A stretch of 64,000 nucleotides of DNA from positions 17,102 through 81,101 of the forward strand of contig NW_021834194.1 in the NCBI RefSeq assembly GCF_006345805.1. Reading direction: 5' to 3'. This document shows positions 27,611-41,273 of this stretch, one piece after another. The notes under the pieces are model-generated. The model was not told the origin of the DNA, searched no databases, and saw nothing but the letters and a program-made list of their open reading frames with translations. This stretch comes from Octopus sinensis. Its lineage: Eukaryota. The position numbers and the translations under genes were made by a program. Within the stretch, counting starts at the first letter, position 1; each line of letters begins with the position of its first letter.

Positions 27611-30600
27611 TTTTTATTGCTATTATTATTATTATTATTATTATTTTATTATTATTATTATTATTATTATCATTATTATTATAATGCTTGTGTTTCCTGT
27701 CGGCATGGGTTAGATGAATCCAGGGTCTGCTTTAGAATGTCTTCTGCTGCTGGATACCCGTCCTAATGCCACTCGCTTTACAAAGGGTGCTGTGTGCCTT
27801 AGCATCAACTCTGGTGAGGCTGGCATGTAACTTGCAAGACTGCGAGCCATGAGAAGAGGCTTTATGCTAGATGCGGGGCTAAAATCTGAAAGAAGGGGGT
27901 CTGGACAAGTTTGTCGCTGTAGAGGTGCCAATGGCTACTCACAGAGGGAGAAGAAGGAGAGGAAGAAGAACGAAGCTTTTGTGAAACATCTTACCACAGC
28001 CTGGTGGGATTGTTGAACCTGTGAATCATAGAGTTGTCTCTTAGCCTGTAATAGAGGAGAATAGAGGCGAGTTAGATGCGTCTCTTCTTTACTCTAGGTC
28101 TCTGATTATATACACATACGTGTGTGTGTGTGTGTAAATATATATGTGTGTATATAAAATTATAATTAGGGATATCTAAGAGATACCACTGTGCTAGAGA
28201 TAGCAGTCAAAATTTGACTCTAAAACCACTGGTTTAAAATCAAGTATTGACTGCTATCTCTAGCATGGTGGTATCTCTTAGATACCCTTAATTATAATTT
28301 TAACAACAATTAATATCTATAAGGTTTTTATTCCCATGCTGGCCACCTGATATGGTCAGTATTTTAAATAACAATCTCATCCTTATAAATATATATATAT
28401 ATATATACATTGTACATACAAATAAGAGGAAGATATTTTTACAGATGCAGAGTTGCTGTCAGAACGGCAGGAATATTGGGTAAATTATGCTTATAAGGCA
28501 CGAAAATTTGTCAACAAGCAGCCCTGGGACTCAAGGAAGAGACAATCATTTTCTGAACTTGTTTGTCTAACAGCTGTTTCTGTCCTTTAGATGCAATGCA
28601 CACAACACTGAAAGAGGCATGCACTGCATCGTACAGCAGAAACCGGTGTAAGCCAAACAAAATCATTACATAATTCTCTATTCCTCTCTCATCTCAGTTT
28701 CATATATATTCATCATCGCCATCATCGTCATCATCGTTTTAACATCACTATTTCCATGCTTTCGTGGGTTGGATAGAATTTATAAATTATTCCTGTGGCC
28801 AGAAGCCATTCCATTTGCCAGCTCCTGTCAGACCATCCAACGCTCGGATAAAATGGAAAAGTCTTTTACATTTTGAGCCTATGCTCTTCACCAGAGAGGA
28901 TTAAGAGGAAATAATAAGAGGGGGAATGAAAAAGGAGAAAGAATGAAAAAGAAGGAAAATGAAAGAAACTAGTAGAGTTCAGCAGTCCAACATGGTGGCA
29001 TGTAATATTGGGACATTGTTTCACACACTAACACCTACTTGTTCCTCAAATAAGGGGTCACTTTCCCCCACACATGTATCAGGAGAATTGCTTACAACAA
29101 ATATGTATGATTATAACAAAGGATAAATAAGTGAGAAAGTCCTTTTTAGAATTGTTTAATCAAAAATTGAACTCATGTACATTACTCTATTGTGATGATG
29201 ATGATGATGATGATGTGCAAGCATTGATATAGGAGGTGAGTGGTGGTGGAGTGGGAGAAGAGCAGAAGGGGGCGGAGTAATGTGAATGGAATAGGGAAGG
29301 AGAGGGGGAGAGAAGGAGGAAGAAGCAGAGATTGGATGGTCTGTCGATAGGACAAGTTCTCATAGGAGTTACATGGGTGTGTTGTTGAGAGAGGGGTGGG
29401 GTAAGGGGGAGGAGACATTGTTAGCGAAGGAGGCGTAGTGGGAAGACAATTGAAAAGCAGTGTGTTGGGAAGAGAGAGAGGGCTGAGGGGGGAAGGTTGA
29501 GGAGAAAGAGGCGTGGTGCACCTTCCTTTTCAATATGGGTGGGTATTGAGGGGTAAGCGGAAGGCAGTGTTGAGGGGCGGAGGTGAGGAGGGAGGAGCTG
29601 CAGTGCCACCCTATGGGTGGGTAAAGTGGGGTGGAGGAGAGACCAATAGGTAGAAACAACACTACATATCATTCTGATTTATTCTCCTCCCGCAACCACT
29701 CCGCTATCTCACCTCACCCCCTCTCCATTTCCTTCAATCGAACCCCTCCCACCCCCGTTTTTTACCACCTGTTACACCCACCCACCCGCATCACATCTTA
29801 TGAAAGCATTCCCTCTCTCCTCCCATGACCCACTCTCCATATCCTTGTACCTTGACTGTTTGCTTCGGCACCCCATCACATCTTTTCTTTATCTTCTCAT
29901 CTGCTCCTGCCCATCCCTATATATAAAAAGGGGTTAGCCATGTATTTCCTCTATAACATCTCTTGTCCCTCTATCTTACTTCAGCCTTTCAACATTCAGC
30001 ATAAACCCTAACCCCTCTCAAATACTTGCCATTTAGCCTAGGCAAGATTTAGTGGTTTGCCCTATCTCAGAGGACTAGACTTTCAACAGCAGATGAGATG
30101 GACCCATCCATTACAACGACAACAACAACAACATGGAAAATGGAAAATGGGAGTAGAATGAGGAGGATGGTGATGGTGTGAGGGTCAGATCTAATTGTTT
30201 GCCTCACTTCATCATCACCTTCCATGCTGGCATGGGTGGGACGATTTGACAGGAGCTGGCCAGGCGGAAGCCTGCATCAGACTTCTCTGTCTGTTTTGGC
30301 AGGGATTTTACAGCTGGACGCCTTACCTAACACCAATCACTCAGCAGAGTGGTCAATACATTTCATATCGATCTAAGTTAGGCTCTACTACTACAACAAC
30401 AACAACAGCAACAACACTCACCTGTAGCAGGAAGTTTGATGTTTTCATCAAGACCAATTTTGTAAGCAAACTTTTCATCCGTCTGCTTTCGTTTGCTGCC
30501 CCCCTGGGACAGGTGTCTCTTCCAGACATGCATCAAGACCAATGTCCATAGATGGCTGACCACTAATATAAGGACATGCAGCACAGTGGTGACACTGAAG

Positions 30601-30869
30601 GATAAGAGAGAGAGAGAAAAAGAGAAAAAGAGAAAGAGAGATCATAATCATCACCACCAACACCATCATCATCAACGGTCAGTATGGTGTTGAGTCACTT
30701 GACCAATGAAGCACATGCAATAGATCATGTGAGTCAGAGCTAATCTGGAGCTGCAACCCATCATCATCATCATCATCAGAGATACAAGACCATTAAATAA
30801 GAACTTTACAGACAGAAACACATGCATATATGTATGTGTGTATATGTGTGTACATGTTTGTGTGTCTGT

Positions 30870-31043
30870 GTTTGTCCCCACAACATCGCTTGACAACCGA
30901 TGCTGGTGTGTTTACTTACCCGTAACTTAACCGTTCGGCAAAAGAGACCTAGACTTACAAAGAATAAGTCCTGGGGTCGATTTGCTCGACTAAAGGCGGT
31001 GCTCCAGCATAGCCACAGTCAAATGACTGAAACAAGTAAAAGA

Positions 31044-31099
<56 letters not shown>

Positions 31100-31330
31100 T
31101 ATATATATGCCTGTGCGTGTATGTTGTGTGTCTGTGCTTGTCCCCCAACATCGCTTGACAACCGATGCTGGTGTGTTTATGTCCCCGTAACTTAGCGGTT
31201 CTACAAAAGACACCGATAGAATAAGTACTAGACTTACAAAGAATAAGTCCTGGGGTCGATTTGCTCGACTAAAGGCCGTGCCCCAGCAAGGCCACAGTCC
31301 AATGACTGAATTGAGTAATGAGTAAAGAGT
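30870..31330 (+). mobile_element. Two tandem SINE-tail copies (family 2) separated by (AT)n
   Basis: CCCCA.CAACATCGCTTGACAACCGATGCTGGTGTGTTTA..ATGACTGAA occurs twice; also at about 42190-42375. Confidence 0.75.
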
Positions 31331-32293
31331 AAAGAGGAAGCAAAATGTCTTTAATATTAACATCATTACTATTATCATTACCACTATTGCTACTAATATC
31401 CTTATTATTATTATTAATTACACTAATACTAGCAAAACAATATATGCATCACGCGGTTAGCAACATAATAGGAAAAACAAGAACAACAATAATACTACAG
31501 TACCATGCAAGCCATTAAAGATCTGCATATACATATAAAATGAAAAATAAAAGCATTTGGTTTACATGATATTAAGTACTACAGGTGTATAAATGTACTT
31601 GCGAGTGCAGTCTATAAGTTCACTGCAATGGTAATGATAATAGTAATGATGTTAATGTTAATGACATTTTGTAAATTAATATAACGTACTCTTGACTTTG
31701 TATATCTGCATTTGAGTATCAATATGTGTATGTTTTCTATATTGTAATATCATAATATTAAGTTGAAAAACTGTAACATTGAATATGGAACGTATGTATG
31801 TATATTGATTTATATTATTATGTATATGTATATATATGTGTATAGGAGTATGAGTATATGCACTCATATGTATGCGTATATGATATATTATAGGTATGTA
31901 CCCACCCTTGTATGGGTGTACCTCCTCTGATATTCATATTTAATTTAGTTTGTATTTCATAATCTCCGAAGAGGCCTTGGGATATTTTTGTAAGTGTCCC
32001 ATTTATAACTACATATTGACCTATCACACATGGCTAATATAAGCAAAACGAGACACTCATATCTGCAGGGCTGAAACAGCTGTAAGATGTAGTTTTTATT
32101 TATATTTATATTTATTTATATTCACTTATACATACTGTACTTATTGTATCATATTACTCCTTCATGTACACTGTTTTGTTCTATATTATTGTTTGACCTT
32201 AATGTTCATATGTAGTGGTTTAATAAATTATGTGATTGGGTATTATCCGGTAGTTGATAATTGATTTAGATGTATTTCTCCATTTTCTTATTT

Positions 32294-32353
<60 letters not shown>

Positions 32354-32392
32354 TGTGTGTGTGTGTGTGTGTGTCTTGCAAACAATATATAT

Positions 32393-32668
32393 GGAGGCGC
32401 AATGGCCCAGTGGTTAGGGCAGCGGACTCGCGGTTGTAGGATCGCGGTTTCGATTCCCAGACCGGGCGTTGTGAGTGTTAATTGAGAGAGAACACCTAAA
32501 GCTCCTCCAGGCTCCGGCAGGGGGATGGGGTGGCAATCCCTGCTGTACTCTTTCGCCACAACTTTCTCTCACTCTTTCTTAGCCAGCGGGGTGACGTTAT
32601 TTGAAGTCTAAAACAATGCGAAGCGCGTTGTGACCAGCGATGTGTAGCAACATCTGATAACCTGGTCA
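32393..32668 (+). mobile_element. tRNA-derived SINE (family 1)
   Basis: Homologous along its length to 11982-12247. Confidence 0.8.
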
Positions 32669-32670
32669 AA

Positions 32671-32712
<42 letters not shown>

Positions 32713-32731
32713 GGGAAATGGTGGGGGTTTC

Positions 32732-32769
<38 letters not shown>

Positions 32770-32861
32770 TAATCCAAACAAGAAGACAAAAAGACAACAA
32801 CGCGAGGATGTGGAACAAATAAAGTATTATTGGACGCTCAGGAAAGAACGGAAGAAGGAGG

Positions 32862-32897
32862 GTTTAAGGTTTCGAGCGGAGCTCTTCGTCGGAAACA
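32862..32897 (-). ncRNA. Hammerhead-like motif (C4 variant) within a short repeat also found at about 60920-61130
   Basis: GTTT-CCGACGA-A-GAGC tcc GCTC-GAAAC-CTT^AAAC; one mismatch in stem III. Confidence 0.45.
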
Positions 32898-33772
32898 TAT
32901 GAGAAAGAAAGATCCCGACACGGGAGGACAGAGGAAAAAAAATTGCAGGTGGTATTCACGAGGTCACATGCTAAAAAGACGGAAGTGGTAAAAATGGAGG
33001 AAAATGTTTTTAAAAACCAGAGAGCTATATCAATGAAGGAATGGTAAAAAAAGGTGTGCGAGATGACAAGTGTGTGTGTGTGAGTGTGTGCGTGTATGTG
33101 TGTGTGTGTGTATGGTGGACAATGGCTAGTAGCAGGCATTAGTAGAATTAAGGAGTGGTGTGGGGATACCCTAGCAAGTCAGAAAGGCAGGTCAGAAACA
33201 GGGAGGTATGTGTGTGTGCGTGTATATGTATCGTGTGTGTGTTTTGTTGTAGTATGTGTGTATGTACGTGTACGTTTTTTTGTGTGTATGGCGAGTAACT
33301 GTGCTTAACTTAGTGTATGTGTGCATGTGTGCTTGCACCTGCGTGTTAGTGTATATATACGTATGTATAATTGTGTGCGTGTATGTATGTGTGTGCGTGT
33401 ATGTATGGTTGTGTGCTGTGTGGGATGTATGTGTGGGTTCATTTGTGGGTTCAGCTTGATTAATCTGAACTGATCGATGATTTCACGAAGCGAAAAGTGC
33501 GCCGTGTTTGTCTTTGAAAGTTACCTGGATTATAAAAGTGCCCTTTTATTCATACCTGGAAGTTTTACTGATTGAAATGTGTAACAGATCTGAATAAATT
33601 TAACTTTTCGTGTTTTTTAAAGATGTTCTTTAGGGTAACGCGAGATATTTAACAATGAATTTTGATTGAAGGGATGGGACCTCGAAACAAAATGTTGCAG
33701 GGGGTGGCCTCTAAAAGTCATGCAACGGAACTTTAGCTAGCGATATAAATGTACGTGTATATATATATGTGT

Positions 33773-33824
<52 letters not shown>

Positions 33825-34736
33825 GTGTGTGTGTAAACATCAATGTTAATGTCGAAGGTGCCTCGAAACACACACGCACATACACACCGGAACGGCACGC
33901 ATACCAGTATGGAAGGGAGGTAATTTTATACATATATTCTTAGAGTGATTTCCCCTGGCAATAAGATTTCCTGCCTCGTAACCTTGCACGGAATAATTTT
34001 TCCTCTCGTTCTGACAGTGTCTTTCTGTGTTTCTTTTTATTATTTCCAATCTTAAACAAATAATAATGATCCCCTCCTACATGCTGTGTATCAGTGTGAT
34101 TATATGAAACCCCATCTTTTGATAAGCTTTCCAAATTAATAAATTTATGGAATAATAAATGTGTGATTATATTGAAATGAGATTTACCGCATTTGTCAGG
34201 TTAAGAACAGTTTCATCTCCAGCTTAGTCGATATGTGGTCGGTTGAGCTGAAAATATGCACACCCATGTTAAAAGTGCTGGCGAGTTTGCATGGCAACTA
34301 TTTTTTCTCCTCAAATGAAAGGCGTGACCTCTAGGACAAAATTCCTCATCTTATAAAATGTGGCCCGAGTAGACCCGAATGAAATCGGGGGTTATATTAA
34401 CCAAAATGTGTTGCCGTCCATGATGAAGAAGTTTTGAATGCTTGCCATGGTGAGTGTACTGTCGTGAGAAAAAATCACTCCAAAACTTGGTGTTAAGGAA
34501 TTTTCTTTTACATCAAGTTCAAAATTTTACGCCAGCCGTTAAACTGCCACTACGTTGCAGTCGGTCGTTAAGAAATGCCAGCCATGGTGACTCTACTATC
34601 CTCAAATTCTATCCCTTCAAACTTTGGTTTCCAATATTTTTGTTTTATTCAGCTCGCAAGTTCGTCTGTCCCTTTTAAACGTTAGTGTTTTGCTGTTTGC
34701 CTTGAAGCAGACCTTTCCGTTGTCACTGCCTGATAT

Positions 34737-36207
34737 TTATGATTGATCTTTCAAAATATAATTTTTCTCAAGGAAAAATAAATTATTTTGGTTAATTATT
34801 TCCCCGTTATCAGTGAATAATTTAGCTTTCTTGTTTTTGTAAATTATTAATATAGAAGATGTAGACATAGGCAGTATAGTCTTTTAAACTGGGGTTATGT
34901 AGCTGGTGGTGGTATGACAGTTTGGGCCAAAAGTCTTTATTTATTTGAATACCATGTGGTTTGCCGCAATAATCTGTTACCAAAATGGTATCTTTACCAA
35001 CAGAAATAGAGTGACATTTCCTGCCAATGTCCCTCCTTGTCACACCACCTTTAGCTGAAATCCTATAAATTATTTGTCCCTGGAGGACATAGAAATAATT
35101 TTGGTAGAGAGATATTACTTGGGAGGTGCAGAGAATGGGTCTCTACCTCCCATAACTGTTGGCCATCCAGTTTGTAACAGATTACTCTGTTGATGCTGGT
35201 GAATGCAATTAAAAGTATATTCTGAACCCCTACAGCAATATCTGTAGGTGTTTCTTTGGTAATAAATTGATAGTTAATTGTATTATCCTCCCAATCAAAT
35301 TGGTAAACTGTCTTACCAAATATTTCTACACCTATAAGTGTAGAATCTTCCAAGTAACTCACCATATGTAACCCCAACTGTATCCTTTTGATCTTGAAGG
35401 TTTTAGGGCTGATAATAAGAATCATTTCTTGGAAGGGGAGGGTTGTCAGAACCATGTCTTCTCTGATTCTGGTGAAACTGGTCACAGAAGATGGACAATG
35501 GACATCATTTCTGTCACTGTCTCTTGTTACTAAACTTATTGTCTTATAATGGTGGGAGTATGTCATCACTCCCTCCTCATGATGACAATATTGGATATTG
35601 TGCTTTCCTGAAATTCTTCTCCAGATTCCTCGATATTTGCTTCTCTGGTCACAACTGGCTAAAGTGGCCGACATTTTGTGGTTATTTTTGGTGGATCAAT
35701 GGTTTTGTGTTTGTCTTGTAGAATATTTCTTTGTAAATAGTGTTCCAGGAACAATTCTAATTTTTCCAAACATAAGAAATTCTTGATTGTAATCGTTTTT
35801 TTAATGTCTTTCATCAGAATTTCTATTCTCTGTGTAAAATCTTTTAGAAAAGTATTTTTATCCATTCCTATTCTTTTTAAAAAAGTACATATTTCTTTCC
35901 AAGAATTTATCAACAAATTAATTTTGTCCTCATAGGCATTGAATCTTGTATAAAATATATGTTTGTCAAAACTATTTCGTCTTCTCATTATTTCCATCTT
36001 TTTATGGTCTCCTTTATGTCTTTTTTGTTTTGTTGTTGGCTGAGATGAAGCCCGTTTATCGGACATTTCTATCCTTGAACCGTCATCTCTCTCATATTTA
36101 CCCCTTTTATAGTCAACTCCTTCTTCATCCCATTTTGGTGTCGAGTTCCTTAAAGCTCTTTTCTGAGGGATAAGTTTCCTTAAAGTATTTTCTCTTGGGT
36201 CTTCCAT
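34737..36207 (-). pseudogene. Beta-propeller-like (NHL-like) pseudogene, copy 2, retaining the acceptor and ATG
   Basis: Acceptor TTTCTTTACAG (AG at 36215-36216), then 7 nt and ATG at 36207. CAG>TAG nonsense at 35659, two frame breaks shared with copy 1, and a 35-bp deletion relative to 321-355. Confidence 0.6.
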
Positions 36208-38364
36208 AGTGAATCTGTAAAGAAATATAAAGAAAACATTTAGCTTTGTGAAAATATTAAAGTTTCAGGGAGATGATGTTTGCTTCATCATTTGAAAAAC
36301 ACAAACAAAACATTTATGTATTTCTGTCAGTGAATTAATCTTGTCTAATTAATATTTAAACAACTTATTACAATCTATTCTAAGATGTATTAATAAGTTT
36401 CATTAATTACATGGAGTCGAAATATTAGAAATAATTATTTTCACTGGAAATGATATTTGCTCTCAACATCACAAAGTAATAGTCATTTATTTAACGATAA
36501 TTAATCAAAGAGATTCCCCTGCTCCAAAAGCACTCAATAACGAGACAAACTAAGCTGTAGAGAAAATTAACTTTAATTGGTATACATGTGATATTATGTC
36601 CCAACACACAGCAATCATGTTCAAACTTCGTTAACATGGAACAATTAGCAAAACATAGACTTAATTATGTTTCATAGACATTTGTCAGATACAAGACAGA
36701 CTGAACATTTTGCTAGTTAGATGGAATATAAGTATTACTAATGATTATATGTACTGGAAATGATGGGACAGTCATGGTTGGCTCGGTTTCCATCATATTT
36801 ACTTGGATTCACAGATACCAATAAAGCTGGAGATGAAACTGTTCTTAACCTGACAAATGCTGTAAATCTCTCAACATTTCAATATAATCCACACAATTAT
36901 CATACACAACATTGATTAAACTGGGAAAGCTTATCCAAAGATGGGCTTTCATATAATCACACTGATAGACAGCATGTTGAGAGGATCGTTATTATTTGTT
37001 GATGATTGAGATAATAAAGATTGGTTAATGAATAAACCCAATTAAATGAAAGGTAGGTTCATCTTAATTATCTTTAATTTCAGGGACAATGTTTGGGTAG
37101 CAATGAGAAAGATGTTTTTGTATGAAAAAGGGGTTTGGCAGATGAAGTGTGTTTTATTTTGTGTTAGGTGAGGAGTTATAACTTGGTGTAGTTTATTATG
37201 AAGTATTGGGGGTTTAATGAGGTGGATTAGGAAATATTGGTGGGGGTGTTTAATGACATTCTGGTGATCCATCATCATCAGAATGATCCTCCACCTCCCC
37301 CTTGGTCTATAAAATAATGACTGTTACTCTATTGACCCCAGGAGGAATGACAAGTAAAAGAGACCTTCTTCAGGATGTCAGCTCTTTGAATATACATGGA
37401 CTAAACAACAACATATTTTTGGGAAAAGCTGGATAAGGCTATGTTGTTGTTATTGCTGTTGTTGTTGACAACAAAGTTTATAAAGAGAAAACCAGATAAT
37501 TGCAAATATTTGAACTGTAAAATTAAATTGGAATGAATGTTTATGTTTCACTTGTGCCATTCTACTTGGTTTATTTCGGGGAAGAAAAACCTACAAAACC
37601 CCTCATAATAATTATATTAGACTTTAATCTAATTGTGTATGTATTTATATACACATACATATACATATATGATAGAATGAATGTGTATAATATATACACA
37701 AAGAAAGATGCACATGTATATTTATACATCCATACGTCTGTATGTATGTATGATCATCATTTTACCCCCACTTTCCATGCTGGAATGGGTTGGATGGTTC
37801 AAAGAATATCTTGCCTGAAGTTACATTTTCTGGTTTTCTTTCTACAGCTGAATGCTCTTCCTGACACCAACCACTGCACAATGTGCACTGGCTGCATCTT
37901 ATGGCACTGTCACTAGAGACGATTGCCATGTCCTTGACAAAACTAAAGGTTCCCCTCAATCTCTGGGTTTCACATATACCTTGGGATGGGTGTGATATCT
38001 AGGGTAATAAATATATGAAAAAGAGTGGCTGAGTGTTGGGGAGAGTCTCAGGTAGGTCCAGTAACATCCCTAGTTTCATTGGAAGAATGGTGAAGAGAAG
38101 AGATTTACTGCCAATCTTTGTCACAGCAGTACGATATTAGAGTAAAAAGAAGAGAGAGTGATTGAGAGATGAAAGATAGAGGTAGGGGTGATAGTGGCGT
38201 GACAGTAGGGACTCAAGGTTTGAGAGTTGACACTCATCAAACCGGTTTTTGGAGGTCTGGGAATATACCTCCAAAGAACAAGTTTGATAAATGCTAATAA
38301 ATGAAACTTTCGGATCTTAGGTCACTTTGTTACTTCTGCTAGATATTAATATATATATATATAT

Positions 38365-38785
38365 ATATAGAATCGAAGGGCCTTAGAGTCAACCTAACTA
38401 AAACCAAAGTCCTAATAAGTAGAAAGGCAGGCAAACCACAAATCCCTTCAGGTAGATGGCCCTGCTCGATCTGTAGTAGAAGCGTAGGTAAAAACTCTAT
38501 AAGATGTACCCAGTGTAAGCTATGGACACATAAGAGGTGCAGTAATATCAAAGGAAGGCTAATGGGGAAGATAGTTTTTGTATGTGGCAGATGCTCAGGA
38601 GCAATAATCACTGAAAATGCGCAGAGAACAACTTCCGCCACATTCCAAGGAGGAAAACTAGTAGTTGCTAGCTTCCGTGACTTAGTTGACCAAGTCAGTA
38701 GTGGGGGAGGGTGCGCTGAAAGTGTAACTGCTAGAATAAGAATAGCTTGAGCAAAGTTCAGAGAGCTCTTACCGCTGCTGGTGAC
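38365..38785 (+). mobile_element. LINE (RTE/CR1-like) post-RT fragment with a Cys-rich motif
   Basis: GLRVNLTKTKVL..WPCSICSRSVGKNSIRCTQCKLWTHKRCS. Confidence 0.7.
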
Positions 38786-39113
38786 AAAGGGCCTCTTTGA
38801 ACTCAGAATGTAAAATGGACAAAATGCCGCTCAACATTTTGCTTTGCATCCTCACAATTCTGCCAGCTTGTCACAGTAATAATAATAATAATAATGATAA
38901 TGATCATGATAATAATGATGATGATAATAATAATAATAATAATAATAATACTTTCTTGCTATAGGCACAAGGCCTGAAATTTGGGGTGAGGGGACTAGTA
39001 AATTACATTTCCTCCAGTGCATAGCTGGTACTTATTGAATCGACCCCAAAAGGATGAAAGGCAAAGTTGACCTTGGTGGAATTTGAACTCAGAATGTAGT
39101 GGCAGATGAGTCA

Positions 39114-39147
<34 letters not shown>

Positions 39148-39304
39148 GGCTTCAAATTTTAACAGAAGGCCAGCAAGTTCTGGAGAGCAGGTAAATTGAT
39201 TACATTGATCCCAGAACTCAAAAGGTACTTATTTTATTGACCCCGAAAGAAGGAGGGTTGATGTCGGCAAAATTTGAACTCAGAACGTAAAGGCAAACAA
39301 ATGG

Positions 39305-40660
39305 CATCCAGCCATCACAATTTGGATTTATTTATAATTCCAGCTGCTGTAATCAACTCATCGAGTTTCTTGAGGATGTTACCCAAATCACTGATTGCGG
39401 ATCCTGGGTGGATGTTGTTTACCTGGACTTTGCTAAGGCTTTTAACTCTGTGCCACACAAAAGACTTACGGTGAAGCTCTCTGCGTTGGGCGTAAGAGAT
39501 GAACTCTATAAATAGCTGAAGTCCTTTATTTTCGGCCAAAAAGAGGTTGTCACAGTTCTAGGACAGCACTCTTCACCCTATGAGATGACATCTGGTGTAC
39601 CACAGGGATCTGTTCTTGGCCCCCTTTTATTTGTTGCATATGTTAATGACATAGATGCCAACTTAAAAAAATGCCACAGTGCTGAAATATGCAGATGACA
39701 TCAAGCTGTACCTCGAAATAAAGAGGTCAGAACCTGTACACTATAGATCTCTATTGTAAGCAGACCTGGACACAATGCAGCAGTGGATCATGGACAGCAA
39801 CTCAAGCTGGCTGTGGACAAATGTACCACCATGCATTTTGGGAGGAGAAACCCAGCGTCCACCTACTCCTTCCACAACACTAATCTCAAAAAGTCTTCAT
39901 GTGAACGTGACCTGAGTGTTATTGTCGACAGTGATTTGCGTTGGACAAAACACATCGCTAAAATTGTCAAGAAGGCTGAGGGTGTCTTGGCATCACTCAC
40001 CAAATCCTTTGTGAGCCGCTCTCCGACTATCTATCTGCGGCTTTATATAGCTATGGTAAGACCTCACCTGGAATTTGCATCACCGGTCTGGAACCCTTAT
40101 TTTGCCCAGGATATCAATCGTCTGGAAGCCGTTCAGCGATGTGCAACCAAAAGAATACCCTCCATCAGGCATTTGCCATATTCTGAACACCTTACTTCCC
40201 TGGGCATGGACACATTGAAACTCCGACGTCTGGCAGCTGACTTGGCAGACACCCATAAAATTATCAACCATCTTACAAACAATAACTCTGAGCACCTTTT
40301 CAAACTCCACCCATCTAACACCCGTGGACATATTTACAAAGTCAGAAAACAGCACAGCTCCCATGACTTTCGGAAACATTTTTTCATGCTGAGAGTTGCT
40401 GAAGCATGGAACAAACTGCCGGCATCAGTTGTTAGCTGTCGGAGCACTGCATCCTTCAGAACTTCCATGCTTTCTGAGATTCACCAACACTACACCTGAT
40501 TTTCTCCTCTCCATACACACACAAGCATGTATCTAACTCATGCATTGTTCGCTTTCCAGACATTTGTACATTACTGCATATATTTTATACGCACTTTCTG
40601 ACAAGTTGTGGTGCACCTGAGCACTGTGTACAATAATTTCATTATTATTATTATCATTAT
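39305..40660 (+). mobile_element. 5'-truncated CR1/L2-type LINE with 3' UTR and (ATT)n tail
   Basis: YLDFAKAFNSVPH, SGVPQGSVLGPLLF, KYADDIKLY; ORF 39783-40499 has VRPHLEFASPVWNP and HFFMLRVAEAWNKLP. Confidence 0.9.
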
Positions 40661-41228
40661 TATTATTATTATTGAGTGAGAGAGCAGTTCATGCCATCAA
40701 AGTGACACTGGGGTAAAATATACGAAGCCCAATATACCCATCATGACTACCCGTCTGATAAAGGTACACCAGGCACATGCATCACAACCATATGTGCGCG
40801 ACATGGTGATCTCATATCAAGATAAACAGCACATGACCTTGCAGGTGGGGCCCAGTTAGAATTTTCTTCAGGTTGAGTAGCCCATCCCGCTCAAACGGTC
40901 CCTGAATAAGGGTTGTTTAAGGATGTTGAAAGAACTACCCATGTTTCCAGAGGTGAACTATTCAAACCCCAAAGAATCCCTCTCAACACATGGCTATGAT
41001 GCTCCCCCACTACTTCTGCTCGTGATCAGAGATGCACATATCGTCAGCCACTAAGGGACATGCTCAACTGGTTATGGTCAAACAACTGACAAGCAAATCT
41101 GTGGTATTGAGCAGAATATTTGCTGTAGCCCATCTTTTATACCAAGACAAAACAATGTACATGATAACACTTCCAATCAGTTAAGATCAGAAGCCATGAG
41201 AGCCACTGCCTGGTACTGCATCAGGGCA

Positions 41229-41273
<45 letters not shown>

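Noticed and set aside
28440-28650. Two AG..GT-bounded mini-exon candidates on the plus strand (about 28445-28480 and 28591-28645)
   Set aside because: Too short, no recognisable protein, and no linking exons.
29220-30010. G-rich block switching to a C-rich block near 29650, suggesting an inverted repeat
   Set aside because: I could not align the two halves; only compositional mirror symmetry.
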